From Spirochaetota bacterium (lineage in GTDB: Bacteria > Spirochaetota > UBA4802 > UBA5550), in NCBI GenBank assembly GCA_963664815.2, contig CAXXHB010000003.1, positions 2,368,001 to 2,432,000 of the forward strand: DNA of 64,000 nucleotides, in the 5' to 3' direction. Shown here in pieces: positions 1 through 8,096 of this stretch (position 1 is its first letter; every line of letters starts with the position of its first letter). The notes under the pieces were generated by a model. That model was given only the letters and a program-made list of their open reading frames with translations, made no database searches and was not told the origin of the DNA. The translations under genes were made by a program, and so were the position numbers.

Positions 1-927
1 AACCGGATCAAACGGTTTATCAAGTGATTTAGCTGCGCATCTGGCAAGACAGATGATAGCACTTGATCGAGTAAGCAAGCTTTCATTATTAACAATTGGA
101 GCAAGGTGTTCTTCCGCATCATGCCATTCTTTTTTAATACCGGTAAAGAAAACGTCAACACCACTTAACGGGAGACCTCCTGTATTAATCCGTATAAAAA
201 CATGGAAAATATCTTCAAGGTCTTTATGATCATCATTAAGAAAATGAACTGGAATGGTATTAGCTGTTAAAGCATACTTAATGGAATTTGAAATATTACC
301 CATTACTATTTCGTCAATCTCATCAAGGGCTGATGATTTTTGAAGCTGTTTCAAAGACAACTTCCCTTGTACCATTGAAACCATATCTTTAAATGCAACC
401 CATCCATTCACTGGAGACCTTGGCATAAATTTCTCTTGTTTCCTATCCGCGTCATTTAGGTTATTTATATTAGATCTGGCACTCCAGTGATAATAATATC
501 TCTGATTTATCTTTTCATTAAACTCTTTAACTCCTTTATTATCCATTGAGATATTGATAAAAAGATGCTTTGTTAATCCATCATCTTTATCAACATATCC
601 TTCTCCGTTAAATGCCGACTTGATAGCTAAACATCGTTGCTGCCCATCTATTATATGAGTATATTCATATCCCGAAGGAGCTTCCTGTTCTTCCCTGAAT
701 CTTTTACTTCCATCAATATTATAATATGAATCTTTACTATCCATTACGAGAATACTTCCTATAGGGAAACCTCGGAGTAGAGAATCAATAAGATTAATGA
801 CTCTGAGTTTATCCCATTCAAAGGCTCTCTGAGCGACGCTTAATTTCCAACTTGAATTATCCGTTGTTTCTTTAATTATCTGCTCTACAGACATCAATGC
901 AGATTTTCTATCTATCTGTTTATTCAT
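1..927 (-). CDS. DUF262 (GmrSD/ParB-like) domain protein, runs off the left window edge
   Basis: Not in the ORF track. Manual translation from ATG 927: MNKQIDRKSALMSVEQII...VAQRAFEWDK..NLIDSLLRGFPIGSILV...HIIDGQQR...IFHVFIRINTGGLPL. These are the DUF262 QR, DGQQR and FxxxN motifs. Confidence 0.85.
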   Translation of the reverse strand, partial: MNKQIDRKSALMSVEQIIKETTDNSSWKLSVAQRAFEWDKLRVINLIDSLLRGFPIGSILVMDSKDSYYNIDGSKRFREEQEAPSGYEYTHIIDGQQRCLAIKSAFNGEGYVDKDDGLTKHLFINISMDNKGVKEFNEKINQRYYYHWSARSNINNLNDADRKQEKFMPRSPVNGWVAFKDMVSMVQGKLSLKQLQKSSALDEIDEIVMGNISNSIKYALTANTIPVHFLNDDHKDLEDIFHVFIRINTGGLPLSGVDVFFTGIKKEWHDAEEHLAPIVNNESLLTRSSAIICLARCAAKSLDKPFDPV

Positions 928-985
928 TTATATCACCAATAATTTAGATTATGAGCTTATGTATATAACTGAAACTTCTAAAGAG

Positions 986-1534
986 TCAAGCCATATAAGT
1001 GCAATATTTCTCCTTAACTTCAAGTCCCTCGGCAGACTCCCACATCCGATACATAATCTTAAGTCCGGCGATAGTAGAATCATCCTTCCTGCACTTTCCA
1101 ACAAGCTTAGATTCAGATGTATACTCGATCACAAGACCATTCTCATACCTGTACCAGGGAATAAAAGGGACATTCGGGATCTTGCCATACTCCATAGTCT
1201 GATAACCTTTTACTTCCTCAAAAGAGCTTGTTATTATTTCAGAAACCTTAGCAGTTGTACGGCCTGTAATACCGACACCGAAAAGTTCATTTGCTGATCC
1301 GAAATCACCATAAAAGATGGTAAACTTCTTTTCTCTGATTGTTTTGTTCTTAGACTCTGCTATCTTTTTAAGTGCCCGGAATAGTTGAATCTCCACTGGT
1401 AAAGTATATGTAGACATATCATACCCTGTCTGAATCGCCTGACTGTCAAATTCCCAGATAAGAACATTCTGATAGTCTGAAATAAAATCTGTATATTTAT
1501 CAAATATGTCTGATTGTTTCATAGTATCCTCCAT
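986..1534 (-). CDS. hypothetical protein (182 aa)
   Basis: ORF co-oriented between ssb and the DUF262 gene; no recognisable motif. Confidence 0.6.
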   Translation of the reverse strand: MEDTMKQSDIFDKYTDFISDYQNVLIWEFDSQAIQTGYDMSTYTLPVEIQLFRALKKIAESKNKTIREKKFTIFYGDFGSANELFGVGITGRTTAKVSEIITSSFEEVKGYQTMEYGKIPNVPFIPWYRYENGLVIEYTSESKLVGKCRKDDSTIAGLKIMYRMWESAEGLEVKEKYCTYMA

Positions 1535-1542
1535 CGATCTTA

Positions 1543-1573
1543 ATAAAAAGCCCCTGCCTGGATAGGCAGAGGC
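1543..1573 (-). terminator. intrinsic terminator after ssb
   Basis: Minus strand GCCTCTGCCT-ATCC-AGGCAGGGGC followed by TTTTTATT. Confidence 0.7.
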
Positions 1574-1583
1574 AATGAGTTTC

Positions 1584-1934
1584 TTACTGTGCAGCTTCAG
1601 TCATGATACTTGCTCCACCCTCTGTTATCGGTTTGTGTCCAAAATCAAATTGTTCTAGAACTATACTCACATCATAGACTGTTTTCTTGTTCTCATCTTC
1701 ATACGTGTACTGATCAAGTCTTCCTGTAATGAAAAGCTCAGATCCGACTTTTACATGTTCTGCAATGATCTTCGCTTGATTCCCCCAGGCTGTTACCTTG
1801 TAGAATCCTGTTTTCTTGCTGTTACCGAAGTGGACATCATTTGCAATGAAGAATGTGCAGAGAGCGTTGTTGTTCTCAAGCTCCTTAAGGCTGGTTTCTT
1901 TGATGATACGGCCATTAATACATACTTTGTTCAT
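1584..1934 (-). CDS. ssb: single-stranded DNA-binding protein, short form without a DDDIPF tail
   Basis: MNKVCINGRI...FYKVTAWGNQAKIIAEHVKVGSELFITGRL..YEDE is the SSB OB-fold signature. Confidence 0.9.
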   Translation of the reverse strand: MNKVCINGRIIKETSLKELENNNALCTFFIANDVHFGNSKKTGFYKVTAWGNQAKIIAEHVKVGSELFITGRLDQYTYEDENKKTVYDVSIVLEQFDFGHKPITEGGASIMTEAAQ

Positions 1935-2072
1935 GGGTAAACCCCCAAATACTATAGATTTAATTATTGCAGCAACTCGTACTGCAACTTATTGGGATAA
2001 TATAACACAGGAAGTACGACACACAGTGACCTATACGTTTATGTAGCATTGAAAATCTGAAAGTAATGAGAA

Positions 2073-2313
2073 CTACTTTGACTTGAAAAGATGAGCCGGG
2101 TTAATACAAATCTTATTGTTACAACTATGTCTTATTCTTTCTCCTGATTCGATAGGCTTAATCCTTTCATTGTACATCATTCGGTGCAGATATCCTTTTA
2201 TAAATACCCTGTTAATAAAAATGTTACCTGCTGTATTTGGGCTTATTAGATATCACCATCCAATAGCCGGTTTTCTCATCAATTTTGTAACTTACTCCGT
2301 AAAAATGTGGCAT
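2073..2313 (-). pseudogene. HNH endonuclease (phage/homing type) with a one-base frameshift
   Basis: The ATG 2313 frame reads MPHFYGVSYKIDEKTGYWMVISNKP then stops. The +1 frame continues NTAGNIFINRVFIKGYLHRMMYNERIKPIESGERIRHSCNNKICINPAHLFKSK* (HxCxNxxCxNPxHL). Length is 241 nt = 80 codons + 1. Confidence 0.7.
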
Positions 2314-2602
2314 AAACTCTCTCTTTAATACTAGCGGTGTCATTATATAAATTAATGTCCACTATATCAGGGGAAGATCAGATTTAATCAGAGGTTTTTC
2401 ATTTTTCTACCTCAGATCCGACAATATCTGCGATGAAGTGCTGACTTCTCCGGCACAATTAAAACGATATTACGCCCCCTTTGAGGCAGGACAGGTGCTT
2501 ACGTTTCACCTTAAATATATAAAATGCTTGATAAAATCCATATTAACGCTTCAATACAGAATCATGAACTGAATAAAAAAATAAATTATCAGGGGAGCCA
2601 TT

Positions 2603-2875
2603 ATGAAGAAAATCGTTTTACTTCTTTCTGCTTTAACAATACTGTTTTATATTTCAGGCTGCTTATCAACTCAAAATTCTGATTCCAATTCTCAATCCGG
2701 CAACTCACAAACAACAGGCTTTAAAGCAGAATGCAAGGCTGAATGTATGAACAAAGCATCTAATTCATCATGTTTCAGAGTAGATGAACTACCGAATCGT
2801 ATAACGGCACCCAGCCTTGTGCAGATTGTAAGATTCTGGTGTCCAAATACTTCCAACAAATATGGAATAAGATAA
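2603..2875 (+). CDS. small lipoprotein with Ser/Asn/Gln linker and Cys-containing C-terminus
   Basis: GGGGAG RBS; signal peptide ending ISG-C; ECKAEC...C...C. Confidence 0.7.
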   Translation: MKKIVLLLSALTILFYISGCLSTQNSDSNSQSGNSQTTGFKAECKAECMNKASNSSCFRVDELPNRITAPSLVQIVRFWCPNTSNKYGIR

Positions 2876-2956
2876 TATAATCCTTCTGAAAACTATATAA
2901 TTAAAACCGGCATTAAAGATATCAGAGATTAATCAATAATATTTAATTGTAAAAGC

Positions 2957-3002
2957 TGAACTGTCAGTTTCCCGCAGCAGGCTGTGGGGAACTGACAGTT
3001 CA
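2957..3002. terminator. long inverted repeat (22-bp stem), probable terminator or stabiliser
   Basis: tgaactgtcagtttcccgcagc-ag-gctgtggggaactgacagttca; no clear U-tract. Confidence 0.5.
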
Positions 3003-3258
3003 TGATACCAGATAATAAGCTATATGCCAAACTAAACTGAACAAAATAAATTCGGTTCACCCCGGTCTTAAAATCAAACTTAACATTCACTGGATATCCA
3101 TTAGATAATTTTTTAAAAAAAACACACAGATTTATAAACCTGGTCGAATTTTTTTAAAATTTCAGATTAAACTATCACGTTTTAACACATACCTGTTTTA
3201 AACAGGTGGAAACATATATAAAACCCGGTAACGGGTTAATAATGATTCAGGAAAGTTT

Positions 3259-4644
3259 ATGAACTTAAAAAAGATATTAGTATTGATGGTACTTGTTTCT
3301 GCGCTGTCTCTGCCGGCATCTGCAGAAGTTGTCTTCCTTAAGGATGGATCGATCTTTGACGGCACAATAGTAAGCGACGGTGCAAAATCTATAATTTTAC
3401 GCGATAAACAGAAAAAGACAAAGACGATACAGCGCAGCGATATATTGCGTATACTCTATACCGAACTCAAGATGGGGAAGATATACATCCAGAAGCGTGA
3501 CGGCAAGGGTATTGTTGCATTCATGGTTGATGAGGACAGGGAATCATATACATTCAGGATGGATTTATACAAACCGGAAGAGTTTATACTCAAAAGGAGC
3601 GATGTACTCTTTATTTCCGAGAAAAACCCCTCAGGACTGCAGACAGACGGCGATGTCGGAACAGACAGGGTTTCACTCAAATGGCTCCCGCCATATGATG
3701 CCGTAAAACGATACAATATCTATACGAAAAAGAGCGAAAAGGATAATTACGAGAAAACAGAGAGTACAGGGGGCAAGTCAATCACCCTTAAAAAGCTTTC
3801 CAGCAACACAACCTATTTTATCATTGTAACAAGTGTAGACACAACTGACTACGAGTCACCTCCAAGCAATGAAATCAAGATAAAGACCAAAAATATCCCC
3901 CCATATAAACCTGCAGGCATTGTACGTGAAAAAAAAGGGAATAAGCAGATTGTTAGATGGGAGGAATCAAAAGACCCCGACGGAATTGTCACCGGATATA
4001 ATATCTACAAACGCGGCGGAAAGATTCGTGAAAAAATTGCAACTGTCAAGAAAACTGAATACGCAGTGCCTGACGATGTATCCATATACAGGCTTGAGAT
4101 AACATCAATGGACGACCTCAATGCGGAGTCGGACAGGGTGCAGATGCTGCGTCCGCTGCAGCTTGTAATTTCACTGGCGCCTGCAGGATTTATGTCATCC
4201 GGGAAACTGGGCAGCAGTTTTAATCCAGGTTACGGCGGCCTTGTAAATATAGGTCTGCGCAACTTCATTTTTCAGAACTTCGAGGCCGGCATCAGTTCCG
4301 GGTACATTTCAATCAGCGGTAAGGAGAAGGACAACATGGACAGATGGGTCTTTATTCCTGCTGCGATGTACACCGGATACCATCTGAGAGCAGGAGACTG
4401 GTTTTCGTTTTTTCCCTACATTAAGGGTGGAGAGACTGTTTCGCTGGTTAAATATACAGGCTTCGCCGGTGATAAAAGCAAAACAGTTATTGATCCGGTT
4501 GCAGCGGCGGGCCTTGCGCTTACAGGGAGCAGTGACAGTTTTACATTCTCCATTGGGGGGGATTACGGCGTACTGGCCGAGAGCAAAGGTTTGAAGTCTT
4601 TTTACGAGGTATATTTAAGCTGTGGAATACTGATAGAGTTATAG
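3259..4644 (+). CDS. secreted fibronectin type III domain protein with probable C-terminal outer-membrane beta-barrel
   Basis: Signal peptide (ASA-E); FN3 motifs SLKW..P/YNIY/LSSNTTYFIIVTSVD..ESPPS; PDG.V..Y repeat; amphipathic Gly/aromatic strands at the C-terminus; paralog of 23142-24584. Confidence 0.8.
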   Translation: MNLKKILVLMVLVSALSLPASAEVVFLKDGSIFDGTIVSDGAKSIILRDKQKKTKTIQRSDILRILYTELKMGKIYIQKRDGKGIVAFMVDEDRESYTFRMDLYKPEEFILKRSDVLFISEKNPSGLQTDGDVGTDRVSLKWLPPYDAVKRYNIYTKKSEKDNYEKTESTGGKSITLKKLSSNTTYFIIVTSVDTTDYESPPSNEIKIKTKNIPPYKPAGIVREKKGNKQIVRWEESKDPDGIVTGYNIYKRGGKIREKIATVKKTEYAVPDDVSIYRLEITSMDDLNAESDRVQMLRPLQLVISLAPAGFMSSGKLGSSFNPGYGGLVNIGLRNFIFQNFEAGISSGYISISGKEKDNMDRWVFIPAAMYTGYHLRAGDWFSFFPYIKGGETVSLVKYTGFAGDKSKTVIDPVAAAGLALTGSSDSFTFSIGGDYGVLAESKGLKSFYEVYLSCGILIEL

Positions 4645-4709
4645 CGGCTTCATCTCTCATCCACTCCATAGTACAGAGAATGAGAATATGTTATCAAGGA
4701 GTTGAATAT

Positions 4710-5867
4710 ATGAAATTTATAAAAATAATAATTTTAATGATACTACCCCTTATGCTTGGCGCATGCGAAGCGGGTTTTGACAGTATACTGAATGATGCAA
4801 GCAACGCAGATGCCGCACTGGCAAGCGTGACTTTGTCTGCCGGAAGTATCAGCCCCGCATTTGAAAGGGGGGTTACAAGTTATACGGTTAATGCAGGTGC
4901 AAATACAGACTCTCTCAACATTACCGCAGTGCCGGTTAAATCCGATTCAAAAATGCAGTACAGCATAGACAGCGGAACCTGGTCTGATTTATCAGGCGCA
5001 CAGGCAGTCTCAGGGCTGCTTGCTGCAACCAATTACACAAAAAAGTTTGAGATTCAGATTACATCAAATGACGGTAAAGGAATTGCCATATACAGTTTTA
5101 CTGTTGTATCACAACTGACAAAGATAAAAGTAACCTACAACGGCAATGGCAATACGGGTGGAACTGTCCCTTCAGACAGTACTGATTACCTTGTCGGTGC
5201 AGAGGTTACTGTAAAAAGTTCATGGAGTTCTACTACCGGCAACATGGTAAAGATTGAAGATACATCAGTCACAACCTCGAAGGCTTATCGCTGTTCAGGA
5301 TGGACCGATGGTACTAATACATACGCTGAAGGGGATAAATTCACAGTCAGTTCATCTTCGGTAACATTAACAGCTGTCTGGACTGAATATGCCGTCGGCG
5401 ATACAGGCCCGTCGGGCGGGAAAGTCTTTTATGTTGGTTCAGGCTATACAACAGGTGTTTCAAGCGGAAACTGGAGATATATGGAGGCTGCACCGTCAGA
5501 TGTTGGCTACTATAAATGGAGCAGCAGTAGTGCCAGTATTTCACAAACAGATGCACAAGATATTGGTACGGGATATGAGAATACGCAGGCCATTGTAAAC
5601 ACTAATTCCTCCGATAATAATGCAGCCGTCGCATGTAATTCACAGAATTATTGTTCATATAGCGGGTGGTTTCTCCCTTCAATAAATGAATTGTTAATCA
5701 TGGGTACAGTGTGCGGTCTGGACACCGACTATCCCACCGACTATCCCATCGGTTACTGGAGTTCAAGCCAGTATACTTCGTCGCAGGCATGCAGGGATGT
5801 AAGGAACAGTATATGGTCAATAGAAAAAAATATAGGCTGTTACGTCCGCGCTGCACGACGTTTCTGA
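4710..5867 (+). CDS. lipoprotein with cadherin-like beta-sandwich, InlB B-repeat and C-terminal DUF1566/C-type-lectin-like domain
   Basis: AGGAG RBS before ATG 4710; LGA-C lipobox; ISPAF..GVTSYTV; VTYNGNGNTGGTVP..W..VTLTAVW; GDTGPSGGKVFY..EAAP..GWFLPSINEL..YWSSS..YVRAARRF. Confidence 0.8.
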   Translation: MKFIKIIILMILPLMLGACEAGFDSILNDASNADAALASVTLSAGSISPAFERGVTSYTVNAGANTDSLNITAVPVKSDSKMQYSIDSGTWSDLSGAQAVSGLLAATNYTKKFEIQITSNDGKGIAIYSFTVVSQLTKIKVTYNGNGNTGGTVPSDSTDYLVGAEVTVKSSWSSTTGNMVKIEDTSVTTSKAYRCSGWTDGTNTYAEGDKFTVSSSSVTLTAVWTEYAVGDTGPSGGKVFYVGSGYTTGVSSGNWRYMEAAPSDVGYYKWSSSSASISQTDAQDIGTGYENTQAIVNTNSSDNNAAVACNSQNYCSYSGWFLPSINELLIMGTVCGLDTDYPTDYPIGYWSSSQYTSSQACRDVRNSIWSIEKNIGCYVRAARRF

Positions 5868-6442
5868 TCTTTTACTGCCGCAGAAAGAAAAAAACATTTC
5901 TGCATATATAAATCTCTTCCACATCATTCATGATGTATTATACTCAGGTGTGTCAGTTTTCATGTCCTGTTTTATATTTAAGTATACCGCCACAATGATA
6001 ACATGGTATATCTTTGATTTTTTGTATGTCGTTTAAATCGTCATACTCAATCTTTCGTATTAATCCACAAGTACACTCGCCTGACACTTTTAACATTCCT
6101 TCACTTCCCGATAGAGTATAAAATAATTACTGAAAGAGGGATTTCATATATTATCCGGAAACAAAGTCCGCTGCCAGGGCTGTGAGGAACCGGCTGCCGG
6201 TAACAAATAATTAACAATTATTCCTGTTTTTCCGGTATAATATCCCTTTTCTGTATAAAATTGACTCTTATAGTCAATAGTGCGGCAATCTCTGCAGTAT
6301 TCAAGTGTTTTTCATAAAATCTCAGAAATATCGACCCGTTTTTAAACGAAATGTTCCATCCATTTAAATAATTTAAAACCAGTTGCAGCAGAAGTGCCAT
6401 TAAAGCACTACTGCTGCAACTGGCAAAAAGAGACACTGTTTT

Positions 6443-6946
6443 TTATTGTTCTACCTGTATCCCATTCTTAATCAGGTACCCGAAAAGAGCGGCAATTATA
6501 ATCCCCATAACTATTACTCCAAGCATTGCATATATTCTTGAATTGTCACCCTCCACTATAAAAAGTTCAGGATCTTTGCGGCTGTATCTTACTTTAAGAT
6601 CTGTACCTTCAGCATATTTTTTACCGGATCTCCCGCTCTGCTCTCTGGCATGTATCTTTTTACCATCATTTGTGGTATATTCAACTTCCATTGTGTACAT
6701 CGTAACCCTGCCATCGCTCCCTCCACTGCTCTGATATACACAATAACCTGTCACTTTCGCAGCTGCTGTATCGGAATCTCCGCGCCATGTCATCTCCATT
6801 TTAAGGGTAACTATACCAATAATAATAATTGCCACTCCCGAGAGCAGCATAATTATCTCCATGCTTATCCCCATATAATACATAATAACCGCCGCAAGGA
6901 TAAAACCCCCTATAAAAATAAACAGCCATTTTGATTTCATAGACAC
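6443..6946 (-). CDS. DUF3592-like membrane protein
   Basis: N-terminal TM helices; AKVTG..VEYTT.DG..G..LKVRY...DP; C-terminal TM helix. Confidence 0.7.
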   Translation of the reverse strand: MSMKSKWLFIFIGGFILAAVIMYYMGISMEIIMLLSGVAIIIIGIVTLKMEMTWRGDSDTAAAKVTGYCVYQSSGGSDGRVTMYTMEVEYTTNDGKKIHAREQSGRSGKKYAEGTDLKVRYSRKDPELFIVEGDNSRIYAMLGVIVMGIIIAALFGYLIKNGIQVEQ

Positions 6947-7310
6947 ACCTCTTCTCTGTTTTTTAAGAATTTTTTTAAAGTATATAGTTAATCTTATTAA
7001 CTTTACCGCAACAACTTTACCGGATTCATCAGCAGCTTTATCTGTTTATTTATTTCTGAAAAAACAGCTTTTAACAATAAATGCTGAAGCAATTTTTAAG
7101 AAACAGGGGGTATCCGGATAAAACAGAAATCTGATTGACAACCGAGTTATAATCAGCATATTATGTTTATCATTGTCTGTTATAAATTAATCATCAGTTT
7201 TTACAATGTTGAAAACTCCGGCTGATATCGGTTACAGACGATTGTTGTACATCCGTGAATCTGCTGAATAGTACACCTTAATAACTACTGAAGAGGAAAG
7301 AAAAAAAATT

Positions 7311-7547
7311 ATGGATACATCTTATATTCAGATTATAATAATGCTGCTTTTTATACTTGGCGTAATCGGAGCAAAGAGCACATGGAGACTGACCAGGGCT
7401 CTTGCAGAATTCCTGGGTATTGGAATTGACAGCGTTGAGGGATTTGTTTTTTCGATAATCATCTTTATTATTGTTTTCGCTGTTCTGTCACCAGTCATGG
7501 GAGTGGTTACTATAATAAAGCGTGTAACGGGCACTCCGGTTAAATAA
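7311..7547 (+). CDS. small membrane protein
   Basis: GAGGA upstream; two hydrophobic helices. Confidence 0.55.
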   Translation: MDTSYIQIIIMLLFILGVIGAKSTWRLTRALAEFLGIGIDSVEGFVFSIIIFIIVFAVLSPVMGVVTIIKRVTGTPVK

Positions 7548-7750
7548 TCCCGGTACTGATATCATATCCGGTTAAAAACCCGTATTCATTATCCTGATTA
7601 ATAGAGAGTTCAGTTTTCATTATAATTTTTTTGTGAAGATATTCGACCCAGATTCATGTTCTTTTTAAATGGGTCTTTACGGGGATTACATAAAATAAAA
7701 TAAGCCCGAAGACGGTTGTATATCCATCCTCAGGCTTAAAATTGAAAATA

Positions 7751-7984
7751 TTATTTTCCTTCAGCAGGTTTGTCGCAATTTGCTTTACAGTCTTTTTTTG
7801 CGGTTGCACAGGCTGCTTTTGCAGCTTTATCTTTTTTAGCATCCTTCATACACTGTTTGTAAGATGTTTCACAGGTTTTTTTACATTCAGCATTTGGGCC
7901 AGCTTCTTTTTTTGCCCCTGCAAAAGACATTGTTGTTGCAAAAACAAGAATTACCAGTGCACTTACTACTTTTTTCATAAGCAT
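7751..7984 (-). CDS. small secreted Lys/Ala-rich six-Cys helical protein
   Basis: AAGGAG RBS; signal peptide (SFA-G); C-x3-C-x6-C-x13-C-x6-C-x3-C. Confidence 0.8.
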   Translation of the reverse strand: MLMKKVVSALVILVFATTMSFAGAKKEAGPNAECKKTCETSYKQCMKDAKKDKAAKAACATAKKDCKANCDKPAEGK

Positions 7985-8096
7985 ATTCTCCTTGGTTTAA
8001 TTTACCATATTATAAAATCATCCAGATAAAAAATCAATGATATTTTTAAAATCGCTGCAAATGATTTCATTTATCGTATGATCAGCCCCTCCGTTA

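Noticed and set aside
959-1297. Plus-strand 112-aa ORF and the many other antisense ORFs in the track (e.g. 12107-12493, 21624-22040, 48936-49400)
   Set aside because: They are shadows of well-supported genes on the opposite strand and show no motifs.
5750-5867. Complete diversity-generating retroelement
   Set aside because: No reverse transcriptase, Avd or template repeat is visible in the window; only a target-like domain is present.
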